From NCBI RefSeq assembly GCF_030013595.1, contig NZ_CP122768.1: 64,000 nucleotides of DNA. The stretch is one strand, 5' to 3'. Shown here piece by piece: positions 1-12,404 of the stretch. A model generated the notes under the pieces. The model made no database searches and had not been told where the DNA came from. It was given only the letters and a program-made list of their open reading frames with translations. The DNA is from Escherichia coli. GTDB lineage: Bacteria; Pseudomonadota; Gammaproteobacteria; Enterobacterales; Enterobacteriaceae. The position numbers were made by a program, and so were the translations under genes. Position 1 is the stretch's first letter. Every line of letters begins with the position of its first letter.

Positions 1-522
1 GCTATCGATTTTACTCACCAGGTAGCCAATCGACACCACGCCGATGACTTTTCCATCGTCATCAAAGATTGGCGTTTTGGCACGCATCGCCATGCCAATT
101 GACCCTTTCCCGGTGATGAAGTAGCTCTCCCCATTCTCCAGCGCGCCCGGTTTGGTGAACTGCATAGGATAACCAATTTTCTCCGGATTAGGATGGTAAA
201 GACGAATCGAGTGCCGATCGCCAATCACCACATAATCGAAATCAGTATCTCTTTGTAATTTGTTAGCGATGGTCGCCAGCCTCTTGTAGTCACGCGTTTT
301 CACTGCGCTGATGATACTGTCATTAGAAGCAATAATTTTTGCCTGATTCATTGCCATGTCGCGCACATGAAGCGTTAAATAGTCCTCAAAACTGGCCGTA
401 AAATATTGCGCCAGGGCTGCAATGACAAATATTGAGAACACCAGAATCAGCAAAAAGATACGCAGCGGAAATGCCAGTCTTTGGAAAAATGCAAACTGTT
501 TATTCTCGTTAAGCTGCAACAT
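1..522 (-). CDS. dpiB: Citrate-sensing histidine kinase CitA/DpiB, N-terminal part only (gene runs off the window start)
   Basis: Reverse-strand translation from the ATG at 520-522 reads MLQLNENKQFAFFQRLAFPLRIF..., recognised as the N-terminal membrane/periplasmic region of CitA; divergent from citC as in E. coli. Confidence 0.8.
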   Translation of the reverse strand, partial: MLQLNENKQFAFFQRLAFPLRIFLLILVFSIFVIAALAQYFTASFEDYLTLHVRDMAMNQAKIIASNDSIISAVKTRDYKRLATIANKLQRDTDFDYVVIGDRHSIRLYHPNPEKIGYPMQFTKPGALENGESYFITGKGSIGMAMRAKTPIFDDDGKVIGVVSIGYLVSKIDS

Positions 523-901
523 TGTTTTCCTTGCGGGTTGTCCCGAGCCTCTTTGACGGATGTAATTAAAATGTTGAATCAAAATACATAGATATTAAAT
601 ATAATCGTGGCAAATTTTATTCATTAAATCAATTAAATCACTTAAACCTGCGGGTCATCTCGTAATTACATTAATTAAAAAACTTAAAACCATTAAATAA
701 ATAAAAAACCACTAACTCTATGTGAAATAAATCAAAATTTCACGCTGCAATACTCCTTAGGATGTATAGCGAAAGGAGAAAAAGATATACCTCGATCGCC
801 CCCCTTTCTCCCAAGTGAAAATAAAAGGTTATCAGTTTGCAACATCGAACAACATTCGTTGCAAATCGATAACAACATGCACCTTCAGGATACTATTTAT
901 T

Positions 902-1960
902 ATGTTCGGCAATGATATTTTCACCCGTGTAAAACGTTCAGAAAATAAAAAAATGGCGGAAATCGCCCAATTCCTGCATGAAAATGATTTGAGCGTTGAC
1001 ACCACAGTCGAAGTATTTATTACCGTAACCCGCGATGAAAAGCTTATCGCGTGCGGTGGAATTGCCGGAAATATTATTAAATGCGTTGCTATCAGTGAAT
1101 CCGTTCGCGGTGAAGGACTGGCGCTGACATTAGCCACTGAATTGATAAACCTCGCCTATGAGCGGCACAGCACGCATCTGTTTATTTATACCAAAACCGA
1201 ATACGAGGCGCTGTTCCGCCAGTGCGGTTTTTCCACGCTGACCAGTGTACCCGGCGTGATGGTGCTGATGGAAAACAGCGCCACGCGACTGAAACGCTAT
1301 GCCGAATCGCTGAAAAAATTTCGTCATCCAGGGAACAAGATTGGCTGCATTGTGATGAACGCCAATCCCTTTACGAATGGTCACCGTTATCTGATTCAAC
1401 AGGCTGCAGCACAGTGCGACTGGTTGCATCTGTTTTTAGTTAAAGAAGATTCTTCACGCTTTCCCTATGAAGACCGGCTGGATCTGGTGTTAAAAGGCAC
1501 CGCCGATATTCCACGCCTGACTGTGCATCGCGGCTCCGAATACATCATCTCCCGCGCTACGTTCCCTTGCTACTTCATTAAAGAACAGAGCGTCATTAAC
1601 CATTGTTACACCGAAATTGATCTGAAGATTTTCCGTCAGTACCTCGCTCCCGCGCTGGGTGTAACTCACCGCTTTGTCGGTACTGAACCCTTTTGTCGCG
1701 TTACCGCCCAGTACAACCAGGATATGCGCTACTGGCTGGAAACGCCGACTATCTCCGCACCGCCCATCGAACTGGTTGAAATTGAGCGGCTGCGTTACCA
1801 GGAGATGCCGATATCCGCTTCCCGGGTACGTCAACTGCTGGCGAAAAACGATCTCACGGCTATCGCGCCGCTGGTCCCTGCAGTCACGCTGCATTATTTG
1901 CAGAACCTGCTTGAGCACTCCCGCCAGGACGCGGCAGCTCGTCAAAAGACCCCCGCATGA
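902..1960 (+). CDS. citC: [Citrate (pro-3S)-lyase] ligase
   Basis: ORF 815-1960; start placed at the internal Met (MFGNDIFTRV...) to give the 352 aa I recall; first gene of the cit operon. Confidence 0.85.
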   Translation: MFGNDIFTRVKRSENKKMAEIAQFLHENDLSVDTTVEVFITVTRDEKLIACGGIAGNIIKCVAISESVRGEGLALTLATELINLAYERHSTHLFIYTKTEYEALFRQCGFSTLTSVPGVMVLMENSATRLKRYAESLKKFRHPGNKIGCIVMNANPFTNGHRYLIQQAAAQCDWLHLFLVKEDSSRFPYEDRLDLVLKGTADIPRLTVHRGSEYIISRATFPCYFIKEQSVINHCYTEIDLKIFRQYLAPALGVTHRFVGTEPFCRVTAQYNQDMRYWLETPTISAPPIELVEIERLRYQEMPISASRVRQLLAKNDLTAIAPLVPAVTLHYLQNLLEHSRQDAAARQKTPA

Positions 1961-1974
1961 GAAACAGGTGAAAA

Positions 1975-2271
1975 ATGAAAATAAACCAGCCCGCCGTTGC
2001 AGGCACCCTTGAGTCTGGGGATGTGATGATACGCATCGCCCCACTCGATACGCAGGATATCGACCTGCAAATCAACAGCAGCGTTGAGAAACAGTTTGGC
2101 GATGCAATTCGCACCACCATTCTGGACGTTCTCGCCCGCTACAACGTGCGCGGCGTACAGCTGAATGTCGATGACAAAGGCGCACTGGACTGCATTTTAC
2201 GTGCACGACTGGAAGCCCTGCTGGCACGCGCCAGCGGTATCCCGGCTCTGCCATGGGAGGATTGCCAATGA
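1975..2271 (+). CDS. citD: Citrate lyase acyl carrier protein (gamma subunit)
   Basis: 98-aa [27 protein letters not shown]...; position between citC and citE. Confidence 0.9.
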
Positions 2272-3176
2272 TTTCCGCTTCGCTGCAACAACGTAAAACT
2301 CGCACCCGCCGCAGCATGTTGTTTGTACCTGGTGCCAATGCCGCGATGGTCAGCAACTCCTTCATCTACCCGGCTGATGCCCTGATGTTTGACCTCGAAG
2401 ACTCCGTGGCATTGCGTGAAAAAGACACAGCCCGCCGCATGGTTTACCACGCGCTGCAACATCCGCTGTATCGCGATATTGAAACCATTGTGCGTGTAAA
2501 CGCGCTGGATTCCGAATGGGGTGTTAACGACCTGGAAGCCGTCGTTCGCGGTGGTGCGGACGTTGTGCGTCTGCCGAAAACCGATACCGCTCAGGATGTT
2601 CTGGATATCGAAAAAGAGATCCTGCGCATCGAAAAAGCCTGTGGTCGTGAACCCGGCAGCACCGGCTTGCTGGCGGCGATTGAATCTCCGCTGGGCATTA
2701 CCCGCGCAGTGGAAATCGCTCACGCTTCCGAGCGTTTGATCGGTATCGCCCTCGGTGCAGAAGACTATGTGCGCAACCTGCGTACAGAACGCTCCCCGGA
2801 AGGAACTGAACTGCTGTTCGCACGCTGCTCCATTTTGCAGGCCGCGCGCTCTGCGGGTATTCAGGCGTTCGATACCGTCTATTCCGACGCTAACAACGAA
2901 GCCGGATTCCTGCAAGAAGCCGCCCACATCAAACAGCTGGGCTTTGACGGCAAATCGCTGATCAACCCGCGTCAGATTGATCTGCTGCACAACCTCTACG
3001 CACCGACCCAGAAAGAAGTGGATCACGCCCGCCGCGTCGTAGAAGCCGCTGAAGCCGCCGCTCGCGAAGGCCTCGGCGTGGTTTCCCTGAATGGCAAGAT
3101 GGTGGACGGTCCGGTTATCGATCGCGCCCGTCTGGTGCTCTCCCGCGCAGAACTTTCCGGCATCCGCGAAGAATAA
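2268..3176 (+). CDS. citE: Citrate lyase beta subunit (citryl-CoA lyase)
   Basis: ORF 2253-3176; start at ATG 2268 ([10 protein letters not shown]...) gives 302 aa; ATGA overlap with the citD stop. Confidence 0.9.
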
Positions 3177-3186
3177 GGCAATCAAA

Positions 3187-4719
3187 ATGACGCAGAAAAT
3201 TGAACAATCTCAACGACAAGAACGGGTAGCGGCCTGGAATCGTCGCGCTGAATGCGATCTTGCCGCTTTCCAGAACTCGCCAAAGCAAACCTACCAGGCT
3301 GAAAAAGCGTGCGATCGCAAACTGTGCGCCAACCTGGAAGAAGCGATTCGTCGCTCGGGTTTACAGGACGGTATGACGGTTTCCTTCCATCACGCTTTCC
3401 GTGGCGGTGACCTGACCGTCAATATGGTGATGGACGTCATCGCGAAAATGGGCTTTAAAAACCTGACTCTGGCCTCCAGCTCCCTGAGTGATTGCCATGC
3501 GCCGCTGGTAGAACACATTCGCCAGGGCGTGGTTACCCGCATTTATACCTCTGGCCTGCGCGGTCCACTGGCGGAAGAAATCTCCCGTGGTCTGCTGGCG
3601 GAACCGGTGCAAATCCACTCTCACGGCGGACGTGTGCATCTGGTACAGAGCGGCGAACTGAATATCGACGTGGCTTTCCTCGGCGTCCCGTCCTGTGATG
3701 AATTTGGTAATGCCAACGGCTACACCGGTAAAGCCTGCTGCGGCTCCCTCGGCTATGCAATGGTTGATGCCGACAACGCGAAACAGGTTGTGATGCTCAC
3801 TGAAGAACTGCTGCCTTATCCACATAATCCGGCAAGCATTGAGCAAGATCAGGTTGATCTGATCGTCAAAGTTGATCGCGTTGGCGATGCCGCGAAAATC
3901 GGCGCTGGCGCGACCCGTATGACCACTAACCCGCGCGAACTGCTTATTGCCCGTAGCGCTGCGGATGTGATTGTCAACTCAGGCTACTTTAAAGAAGGTT
4001 TCTCCATGCAGACCGGCACCGGCGGCGCATCGCTGGCGGTAACCCGTTTCCTGGAAGACAAAATGCGTAGCCGCGATATTCGCGCCGACTTCGCCCTTGG
4101 CGGTATTACCGCAACGATGGTTGATCTGCACGAAAAAGGTCTGATCCGCAAACTGCTGGATGTACAGAGCTTTGACAGCCACGCGGCACAATCGCTGGCC
4201 CGTAACCCCAATCACATCGAAATCAGCGCCAACCAGTACGCTAACTGGGGTTCAAAAGGCGCATCGGTTGATCGTCTCGACGTGGTGGTACTGAGCGCGC
4301 TGGAAATTGACACCCAGTTCAACGTTAACGTGCTGACCGGCTCTGACGGCGTACTGCGTGGTGCTTCCGGTGGTCACTGCGATACCGCGATTGCCTCTGC
4401 ACTTTCCATCATCGTCGCACCGCTGGTACGCGGTCGTATTCCGACTCTGGTGGATAACGTGCTGACCTGCATCACCCCGGGCTCCAGTGTCGATATTCTG
4501 GTCACAGACCACGGTATCGCAGTTAACCCGGCACGTCCGGAATTGGCAGAACGTCTGCAGGAAGCGGGGATCAAAGTGGTTTCTATTGAGTGGCTGCGTG
4601 AACGTGCGCGTCTGCTGACCGGTGAACCACAGCCGATTGAATTCACCGACCGCGTCGTTGCCGTTGTGCGTTACCGCGATGGCTCGGTGATCGATGTTGT
4701 GCATCAGGTGAAGGAATAA
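3187..4719 (+). CDS. citF: Citrate lyase alpha subunit (citrate CoA-transferase)
   Basis: ORF 3091-4719; start at ATG 3187 (MTQKIEQSQRQE...) gives 510 aa. Confidence 0.9.
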   Translation: MTQKIEQSQRQERVAAWNRRAECDLAAFQNSPKQTYQAEKACDRKLCANLEEAIRRSGLQDGMTVSFHHAFRGGDLTVNMVMDVIAKMGFKNLTLASSSLSDCHAPLVEHIRQGVVTRIYTSGLRGPLAEEISRGLLAEPVQIHSHGGRVHLVQSGELNIDVAFLGVPSCDEFGNANGYTGKACCGSLGYAMVDADNAKQVVMLTEELLPYPHNPASIEQDQVDLIVKVDRVGDAAKIGAGATRMTTNPRELLIARSAADVIVNSGYFKEGFSMQTGTGGASLAVTRFLEDKMRSRDIRADFALGGITATMVDLHEKGLIRKLLDVQSFDSHAAQSLARNPNHIEISANQYANWGSKGASVDRLDVVVLSALEIDTQFNVNVLTGSDGVLRGASGGHCDTAIASALSIIVAPLVRGRIPTLVDNVLTCITPGSSVDILVTDHGIAVNPARPELAERLQEAGIKVVSIEWLRERARLLTGEPQPIEFTDRVVAVVRYRDGSVIDVVHQVKE

Positions 4720-4722
4720 GCC

Positions 4723-6127
<1,405 letters not shown>

Positions 6128-6176
6128 TAATTTAAGCACTTGATAAAATTGGAATATTAATTGTCGGAGAACCCGT

Positions 6177-7640
6177 ATGTCTTTAGCAAAAGATAATATA
6201 TGGAAATTATTGGCGCCCCTGGTGGTGATGGGTGTCATGTTTCTTATCCCTGTACCTGACGGTATGCCGCCGCAGGCGTGGCATTACTTTGCAGTGTTTG
6301 TGGCAATGATTGTCGGCATGATCCTCGAGCCAATTCCGGCAACGGCGATCAGTTTTATTGCGGTTACTATTTGCGTTATTGGCAGTAATTACCTGCTCTT
6401 TGATGCCAAAGAATTAGCTGACCCAGCGTTTAATGCGCAAAAACAGGCGCTGAAATGGGGTCTGGCTGGTTTTTCCAGCACCACGGTATGGCTGGTATTT
6501 GGCGCATTTATTTTTGCATTAGGGTATGAAGTTTCCGGGTTAGGCCGTCGTATTGCCCTTTTCCTGGTGAAATTCATGGGCAAACGCACGCTGACGTTGG
6601 GTTATGCGATTGTCATTATCGACATTCTGCTGGCACCGTTTACACCGTCCAACACCGCGCGTACCGGGGGTACGGTTTTTCCGGTCATTAAAAACCTGCC
6701 GCCGCTGTTTAAATCATTCCCGAACGATCCGTCCGCGCGTCGTATTGGCGGCTATTTGATGTGGATGATGGTCATTAGTACCAGTCTGAGTTCGTCCATG
6801 TTTGTCACCGGTGCGGCACCAAACGTGCTGGGTCTGGAGTTCGTCAGCAAAATTGCCGGTATCCAGATTAGCTGGTTGCAGTGGTTCCTCTGCTTCCTGC
6901 CGGTTGGGGTTATCTTGCTTATCATTGCGCCGTGGCTTTCCTACGTACTGTACAAACCGGAAATCACACACAGTGAAGAAGTGGCAACCTGGGCGGGTGA
7001 TGAACTAAAAACCATGGGTGCGCTGACGCGCAGAGAGTGGACGCTGATTGGCCTTGTATTGCTCAGCTTAGGTTTGTGGGTATTTGGCAGTGAAGTCATT
7101 AATGCTACTGCGGTAGGTCTGCTGGCAGTTTCGCTGATGCTGGCGCTGCACGTTGTGCCGTGGAAAGACATTACTCGCTATAACAGCGCATGGAACACGC
7201 TGGTCAACCTGGCAACGCTGGTTGTGATGGCTAATGGCCTGACCCGTTCTGGCTTTATCGACTGGTTCGCCAACACGATGAGTACACACCTGGAAGGCTT
7301 CTCACCAAACGCAACGGTGATTGTACTGGTTCTGGTGTTCTACTTTGCACACTACCTGTTTGCTAGCCTGTCTGCGCACACCGCAACCATGCTGCCGGTT
7401 ATTCTGGCCGTCGGTAAAGGTATTCCGGGCGTACCAATGGAACAACTGTGTATTCTGCTGGTGCTGTCTATCGGTATCATGGGCTGTCTGACGCCGTATG
7501 CAACCGGTCCTGGGGTGATTATTTACGGCTGTGGCTATGTGAAATCAAAAGATTACTGGCGTCTTGGCGCAATCTTCGGGGTGATTTACATCTCTATGTT
7601 GCTGTTGGTTGGCTGGCCGATTCTCGCCATGTGGAACTAA
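6177..7640 (+). CDS. citT: Citrate/succinate antiporter
   Basis: 487-aa highly hydrophobic ORF downstream of citG. Confidence 0.9.
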   Translation: MSLAKDNIWKLLAPLVVMGVMFLIPVPDGMPPQAWHYFAVFVAMIVGMILEPIPATAISFIAVTICVIGSNYLLFDAKELADPAFNAQKQALKWGLAGFSSTTVWLVFGAFIFALGYEVSGLGRRIALFLVKFMGKRTLTLGYAIVIIDILLAPFTPSNTARTGGTVFPVIKNLPPLFKSFPNDPSARRIGGYLMWMMVISTSLSSSMFVTGAAPNVLGLEFVSKIAGIQISWLQWFLCFLPVGVILLIIAPWLSYVLYKPEITHSEEVATWAGDELKTMGALTRREWTLIGLVLLSLGLWVFGSEVINATAVGLLAVSLMLALHVVPWKDITRYNSAWNTLVNLATLVVMANGLTRSGFIDWFANTMSTHLEGFSPNATVIVLVLVFYFAHYLFASLSAHTATMLPVILAVGKGIPGVPMEQLCILLVLSIGIMGCLTPYATGPGVIIYGCGYVKSKDYWRLGAIFGVIYISMLLLVGWPILAMWN

Positions 7641-7671
7641 TACGTTCGCCAAACGCTGAATAAATCATCAC

Positions 7672-7707
7672 GCCCGCCAGGTAAGCACACCTGGCGGGCT
7701 TTTTTAT
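7672..7707 (+). terminator. Rho-independent terminator after citT
   Basis: GC-rich inverted repeat cccgccagg / cctggcggg with a 9-nt loop, followed by a T-run (cttttttat). Confidence 0.75.
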
Positions 7708-7753
7708 GATTTAATAGATAGTATTCAGTGTATGTATGAGTTCCACACCCATT

Positions 7754-8560
7754 ATGAAAGCATTCTGGCGTAACGCCGCGTTGCTCGCGGTTTCTCTGCT
7801 TCCCTTCTCTTCTGCCAACGCCGTAGCGTTGCAGGCAAAACAGTATGGCGATTTTGATCGCTATGTCCTGGCCCTCTCATGGCAAACCGGATTTTGCCAG
7901 AGTCAACACGATCGAAATCGTAACGAACGAGATGAATGTCGCCTGCAAACCGAAACGACCAACAAAGCTGATTTTCTGACCGTACATGGTCTGTGGCCAG
8001 GATTGCCTAAATCGGTTGCTGCCCGTGGTGTTGATGAACGCCGCTGGATGCGCTTCGGTTGCGCTACTCGCCCAATCCCGAATCTACCAGAAGCGCGCGC
8101 CAGCCGAATGTGTTCATCGCCGGAAACCGGGTTATCGCTGGAAACGGCCGCTAAACTAAGTGAAGTCATGCCAGGAGCTGGCGGACGTTCCTGCCTGGAA
8201 CGCTACGAATATGCCAAACACGGTGCCTGCTTTGGTTTTGATCCAGACGCATACTTCGGCACGATGGTACGCCTGAATCAAGAAATTAAAGAGAGCGAAG
8301 CCGGAAAATTCCTTGCGGATAACTACGGTAAAACAGTGAGCCGCCGTGACTTTGACGCCGCCTTTGCCAAAAGCTGGGGAAAAGAGAACGTGAAAGCAGT
8401 TAAGCTAACGTGCCAGGGTAACCCTGCGTATTTGACTGAAATTCAGATCTCGATCAAAGCTGACGCCATCAACGCTCCGCTTTCTGCCAACTCATTCTTG
8501 CCACAACCACACCCAGGCAACTGTGGCAAAACCTTTGTGATTGATAAAGCAGGTTATTAA
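7754..8560 (+). CDS. rna: Periplasmic ribonuclease I
   Basis: ORF 7736-8560; start at MKAFWRNAALLAVSLLPFSSANA (signal peptide) gives 268 aa. Confidence 0.9.
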   Translation: MKAFWRNAALLAVSLLPFSSANAVALQAKQYGDFDRYVLALSWQTGFCQSQHDRNRNERDECRLQTETTNKADFLTVHGLWPGLPKSVAARGVDERRWMRFGCATRPIPNLPEARASRMCSSPETGLSLETAAKLSEVMPGAGGRSCLERYEYAKHGACFGFDPDAYFGTMVRLNQEIKESEAGKFLADNYGKTVSRRDFDAAFAKSWGKENVKAVKLTCQGNPAYLTEIQISIKADAINAPLSANSFLPQPHPGNCGKTFVIDKAGY

Positions 8561-8789
8561 TCCTCTGATTTACAAAACACGCTAATTCGTCTTCCATAAA
8601 CCATGACGATTAAGATTTATACATAATGCGCTACATTGAGGAATTCCCTGAATGTGACGCAAATCACTTCAAAGAGTGAGCAACAGTCAGTATCATCATG
8701 TGAGTTAAACCCTCGCCGCCTGACGGTGAGGGTTTTCTTTTGGGTATGTTTATCTGCGACACTCGCAGTACCGACGACATGGAGTAAAA

Positions 8790-9200
8790 ATGTCCAGACC
8801 AACTATCATCATTAACGACCTGGATGCCGAACGCATCGATATTCTGCTGGAGCAACCCGCCTATGCTGGTTTGCCAATCGCCGACGCGTTAAACGCAGAG
8901 TTGGATCGCGCCCAAATGTGTTCGCCAGAAGAGATGCCACACGACGTGGTGACAATGAACAGCCGGGTTAAATTCCGCAATCTTAGCGATGGCGAAGTGC
9001 GTGTGCGCACGCTGGTGTATCCGGCAAAAATGACCGACAGCAATACTCAGCTTTCCGTTATGGCTCCGGTAGGTGCTGCACTGCTGGGGCTGCGCGTTGG
9101 CGATTCCATTCACTGGGAACTTCCGGGCGGCGTTGCAACCCACCTTGAAGTGCTGGAACTCGAATACCAGCCAGAAGCTGCTGGCGACTACCTGCTTTAA
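8790..9200 (+). CDS. rnk: Regulator of nucleoside diphosphate kinase (GreA/GreB-like)
   Basis: 136-aa [25 protein letters not shown]... Confidence 0.9.
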
Positions 9201-9342
9201 TCCCATCTGCACAAGCGATAACTCGCTTTGCCCAGAGGATGCACTCGCATCCTCTTTCCGCTCAAATATCAACCAGATTTATCATTTTGCTCTTAAGCGC
9301 AGCATTCTAATCTGAACTGGTTATTCATCTGCGGAACCTCAT

Positions 9343-9432
9343 ATGAGCGAAGCTCTCGGTATCACTGCATTTTATATATTCATAGCCGCAATTATTGTTG
9401 CTGCAGTGCTATACCTTGAACAACGCTGGTAG
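9343..9432 (+). other. Candidate small hydrophobic ORF (29 codons), unconfirmed
   Basis: ATG at 9343 to TAG at 9430 translates MSEALGITAFYIFIAAIIVAAVLYLEQRW, a single predicted transmembrane helix; no strong Shine-Dalgarno seen. Confidence 0.25.
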
Positions 9433-9555
9433 CGCCTGGTTTTATTTATTTTCCAGCTCAATAGCAAATTCAGATCAAATCAGCCTCGCAAATCATAGAT
9501 TCATAACCAATAATGTGCTGTTATGTATACATGCAAAAACAAGGAGAGAATGCTT

Positions 9556-9984
9556 ATGTACAAAACAATCATCATGCCAGTGGATGTTTTCGAAATGGAA
9601 TTGAGCGACAAAGCGGTTCGCCACGCTGAATTCCTCGCCCAGGATGACGGAGTTATTCATCTACTTCACGTACTACCGGGGTCAGCCAGCCTGAGCCTGC
9701 ACCGTTTTGCCGCTGATGTACGTCGTTTTGAAGAGCATCTGCAACATGAAGCAGAAGAACGTTTGCAAACGATGGTCAGCCACTTCACCATCGATCCTTC
9801 CCGCATTAAGCAACATGTCCGTTTTGGTAGTGTGCGGGATGAAGTTAACGAGTTAGCGAAAGAACTTGATGCAGATGTAGTAGTGATTGGTTCGCGTAAC
9901 CCATCAATTTCAACTCATCTGTTGGGTTCTAACGCCTCGAGCGTGATCCGCCACGCCAATTTGCCGGTGCTGGTTGTGCGTTAA
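9556..9984 (+). CDS. uspG: Universal stress protein G
   Basis: ORF 9523-9984; start at [19 protein letters not shown]... gives 142 aa. Confidence 0.9.
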   Translation: MYKTIIMPVDVFEMELSDKAVRHAEFLAQDDGVIHLLHVLPGSASLSLHRFAADVRRFEEHLQHEAEERLQTMVSHFTIDPSRIKQHVRFGSVRDEVNELAKELDADVVVIGSRNPSISTHLLGSNASSVIRHANLPVLVVR

Positions 9985-9999
9985 TTGCCAGAATAAATA

Positions 10000-10037
10000 T
10001 CCCGCCCTGCCCGGAGCCATCCCGGCGGGGCTTTTTA
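10000..10037 (+). terminator. Rho-independent terminator after uspG
   Basis: cccgcc ... ggcggg hairpin followed by gcttttt. Confidence 0.65.
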
Positions 10038-10044
10038 TTGCCAT

Positions 10045-10074
10045 AAAAAAGCCGCCAGGTTTGACCCCGGCGGC
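10045..10074 (-). terminator. Rho-independent terminator after ahpF
   Basis: On the minus strand a gccgcc / ggcggc hairpin is followed by a T-run (A-run 10045-10050 on plus). Confidence 0.65.
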
Positions 10075-10104
10075 TAAGCAATTGCAGGTGAATCTTACTT
10101 CTTC

Positions 10105-11670
10105 TTATGCTGTTTTGGTGCGAATCAGGTAGTCAAAAGCACTCAGAGAGGCTTTCGCACCTTCGCCAGTGGCGATGATGATCTGCTTGTACGGAACCGT
10201 TGTACAGTCACCCGCTGCGAACACGCCTTTCACGTTGGTTTCGCATTTCGCATCAATGATAATCTCGCCCATGCGGTTACGTTCGACTGCGCCTTCGAGC
10301 CAGTTGGTGTTCGGCAGCAGACCAATCTGCACGAAAATACCGGCCAGTTCGATGTTGTGAATATCGCCGCTGACACGATCTCGATATTCCAGACCTACGA
10401 CTTTGCTACCGTCGCCTTTCACTTCCGTGGTTTGCGCATTCAGAATAATGTCGACGTTTTTCAGGCTGCGCAGTTTGTCCTGCAGAACCTGGTCGGCTTT
10501 CATTTCTGGCGCAAATTCCAGCAGCGTTACGTGCTCAACGATACCCGCCAGGTCAATTGCCGCTTCCACGCCGGAGTTACCGCCGCCGATAACCGCTACG
10601 CGTTTACCTTTAAACAGCGGGCCGTCGCAGTGCGGGCAGTAGGTCACGCCTTTGGTGCGATACTGATCTTCGCCCGGAACGTTCATGTTGCGCCATTTTG
10701 CACCGGTCGCCACGATAATGCTGCGTGCTTTCAGTACCGCGCCAGAAGCTGTTTCAATCTGATGCAGGCCACCTTCAACCGCTGCCGGGATCAGTTTGCT
10801 GGCGCTCTGGCTGTCGATCACATCAACGTCGTATTCATCAACGTGAACTTTCAGCGCACCTGCCAGTTTCTGGCCTTCGGTCTTCGGTACAGAAATGTAG
10901 TTTTCGATATCAACGGTATCGAGGATCTGACCACCAAAACGTTCGCCCATCAAACCAGTACGGATACCTTTACGTGCGGAGTAAATTGCTGCCGCTGCAC
11001 CCGCCGGGCCGGAACCGACGATTAATACGTCATAAGCATCACGCTTGTTCAGCTCTTCTGCCGCACGTTTTTCCGCGCCAGTATCAATTTTGGCGACGAT
11101 TTCAGTCAACGTCATGCGACCCTGACCAAACTCTTTCCCGTTTACGAACACTGCCGGAACGCCCATCACGTTGCGATCGGTGATTTCGTTCTGGAAGGTG
11201 CCGCCGTCAATTGCAGTGTGCTTGATGCGCGGGTTCAGTACGCTCATCAGATTCAGCGCCTGCACCACATCCGGGCAGTTGTGGCAAGAGAGCGAGTAAT
11301 AGGTTTCGAATTCAAAATCACCGTCAATATGGCGAATCTGCTCCAGCAGAGACTGCGCTTCTTTCGACGGATGACCACCGGTCCACAACAACGCCAGTAC
11401 CAGCGAGGTAAACTCGTGGCCCAGCGGGGAACCTGCAAAACGTGGCCCCTGGTTGGAACCTGGGTTAGTGATCAGGAAAGACGGCTTACGCACCGGCAAG
11501 CTGTTATCTTCTTTAAAGGTGACTTTGTCTGACAGTTCTGCGATTTCAGCCAACAGTTCCTTGATTTCTGCCGATTTAGCGCTGTCATCCAGCGTGGCAA
11601 TTAACTCAACAGGCTTGGTCAATTTCTCAAGGTAAGCCTTGAGTTGAGTTTTCATATTTGTGTCGAGCAT
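10105..11670 (-). CDS. ahpF: Alkyl hydroperoxide reductase subunit F
   Basis: ORF 10105-11700; start at [17 protein letters not shown]... gives 521 aa; FAD/NAD disulfide reductase. Confidence 0.9.
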
Positions 11671-11840
11671 GTTTATCTCCTGGGCTTTAAACATCATCAT
11701 GCAAGCGGCCTCTGCGGCTACCTGGATGCAGCTTGCATCATGGTGCGGGGAAGAAAATCGGGTGCCGCAGCACCCGAAGAATTAGGTGAATTTCCGAAGT
11801 ATTTCGCGCCGGAGTTGGTAGCGCGAAAGACGAAGGAAAT

Positions 11841-12404
11841 TTAGATTTTACCAACCAGGTCCAGAGACGGAGCCAGAGTTGCTTCACCTTCTTTCCATTT
11901 AGCCGGGCAAACTTCACCTGGGTGAGAAGCTACGTACTGTGCTGCTTTGATTTTACGCAGCAGGTCAGACGCGTCACGGCCAATGCCTTCAGCGGTAACT
12001 TCGATTGCCTGGATGATACCCTGCGGGTCAACAACGAAGGTCGCACGGTCAGCCAGACCTTCATCTTCACGCATGTTGTCGAAGTTACGGGTCAGGGCGC
12101 CAGTCGGGTCGCCGATCATCGCATATTTGATTTTAGCGATGGTTTCAGAGCTGCTGTGCCATGCTTTGTGGGTGAAGTGAGTATCGGTAGATACTGCGTA
12201 TACGTCTACGCCCAGTTTCTGCAGTTCTTCGTAGTGGTCAGCAACGTCACCCAGTTCGGTCGGGCATACGAAAGTAAAGTCAGCCGGGTAGAAGAAGAAG
12301 ACGCTCCAGCGGCCTTCGGTATCTTTTTCGGTGATTTCGATGAATTCGCCGTTTTTGAATGCCTGGTTTTTAAAAGGTTTAATTTTGGTGTTAATCAAGG
12401 ACAT
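11841..12404 (-). CDS. ahpC: Alkyl hydroperoxide reductase subunit C (peroxiredoxin)
   Basis: 187-aa [24 protein letters not shown]... with the peroxiredoxin FTFVCPTE motif. Confidence 0.95.
   Translation of the reverse strand: MSLINTKIKPFKNQAFKNGEFIEITEKDTEGRWSVFFFYPADFTFVCPTELGDVADHYEELQKLGVDVYAVSTDTHFTHKAWHSSSETIAKIKYAMIGDPTGALTRNFDNMREDEGLADRATFVVDPQGIIQAIEVTAEGIGRDASDLLRKIKAAQYVASHPGEVCPAKWKEGEATLAPSLDLVGKI

Noticed and set aside
8889-9272. 127-aa minus-strand ORF overlapping rnk
   Set aside because: Antisense to a well-supported gene and extends into the intergenic region without an obvious start context; treated as a chance ORF.
10357-11025. 222-aa plus-strand ORF antisense to ahpF
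   Set aside because: Embedded in a confidently identified gene; no motifs; likely a stop-free antisense frame by chance.
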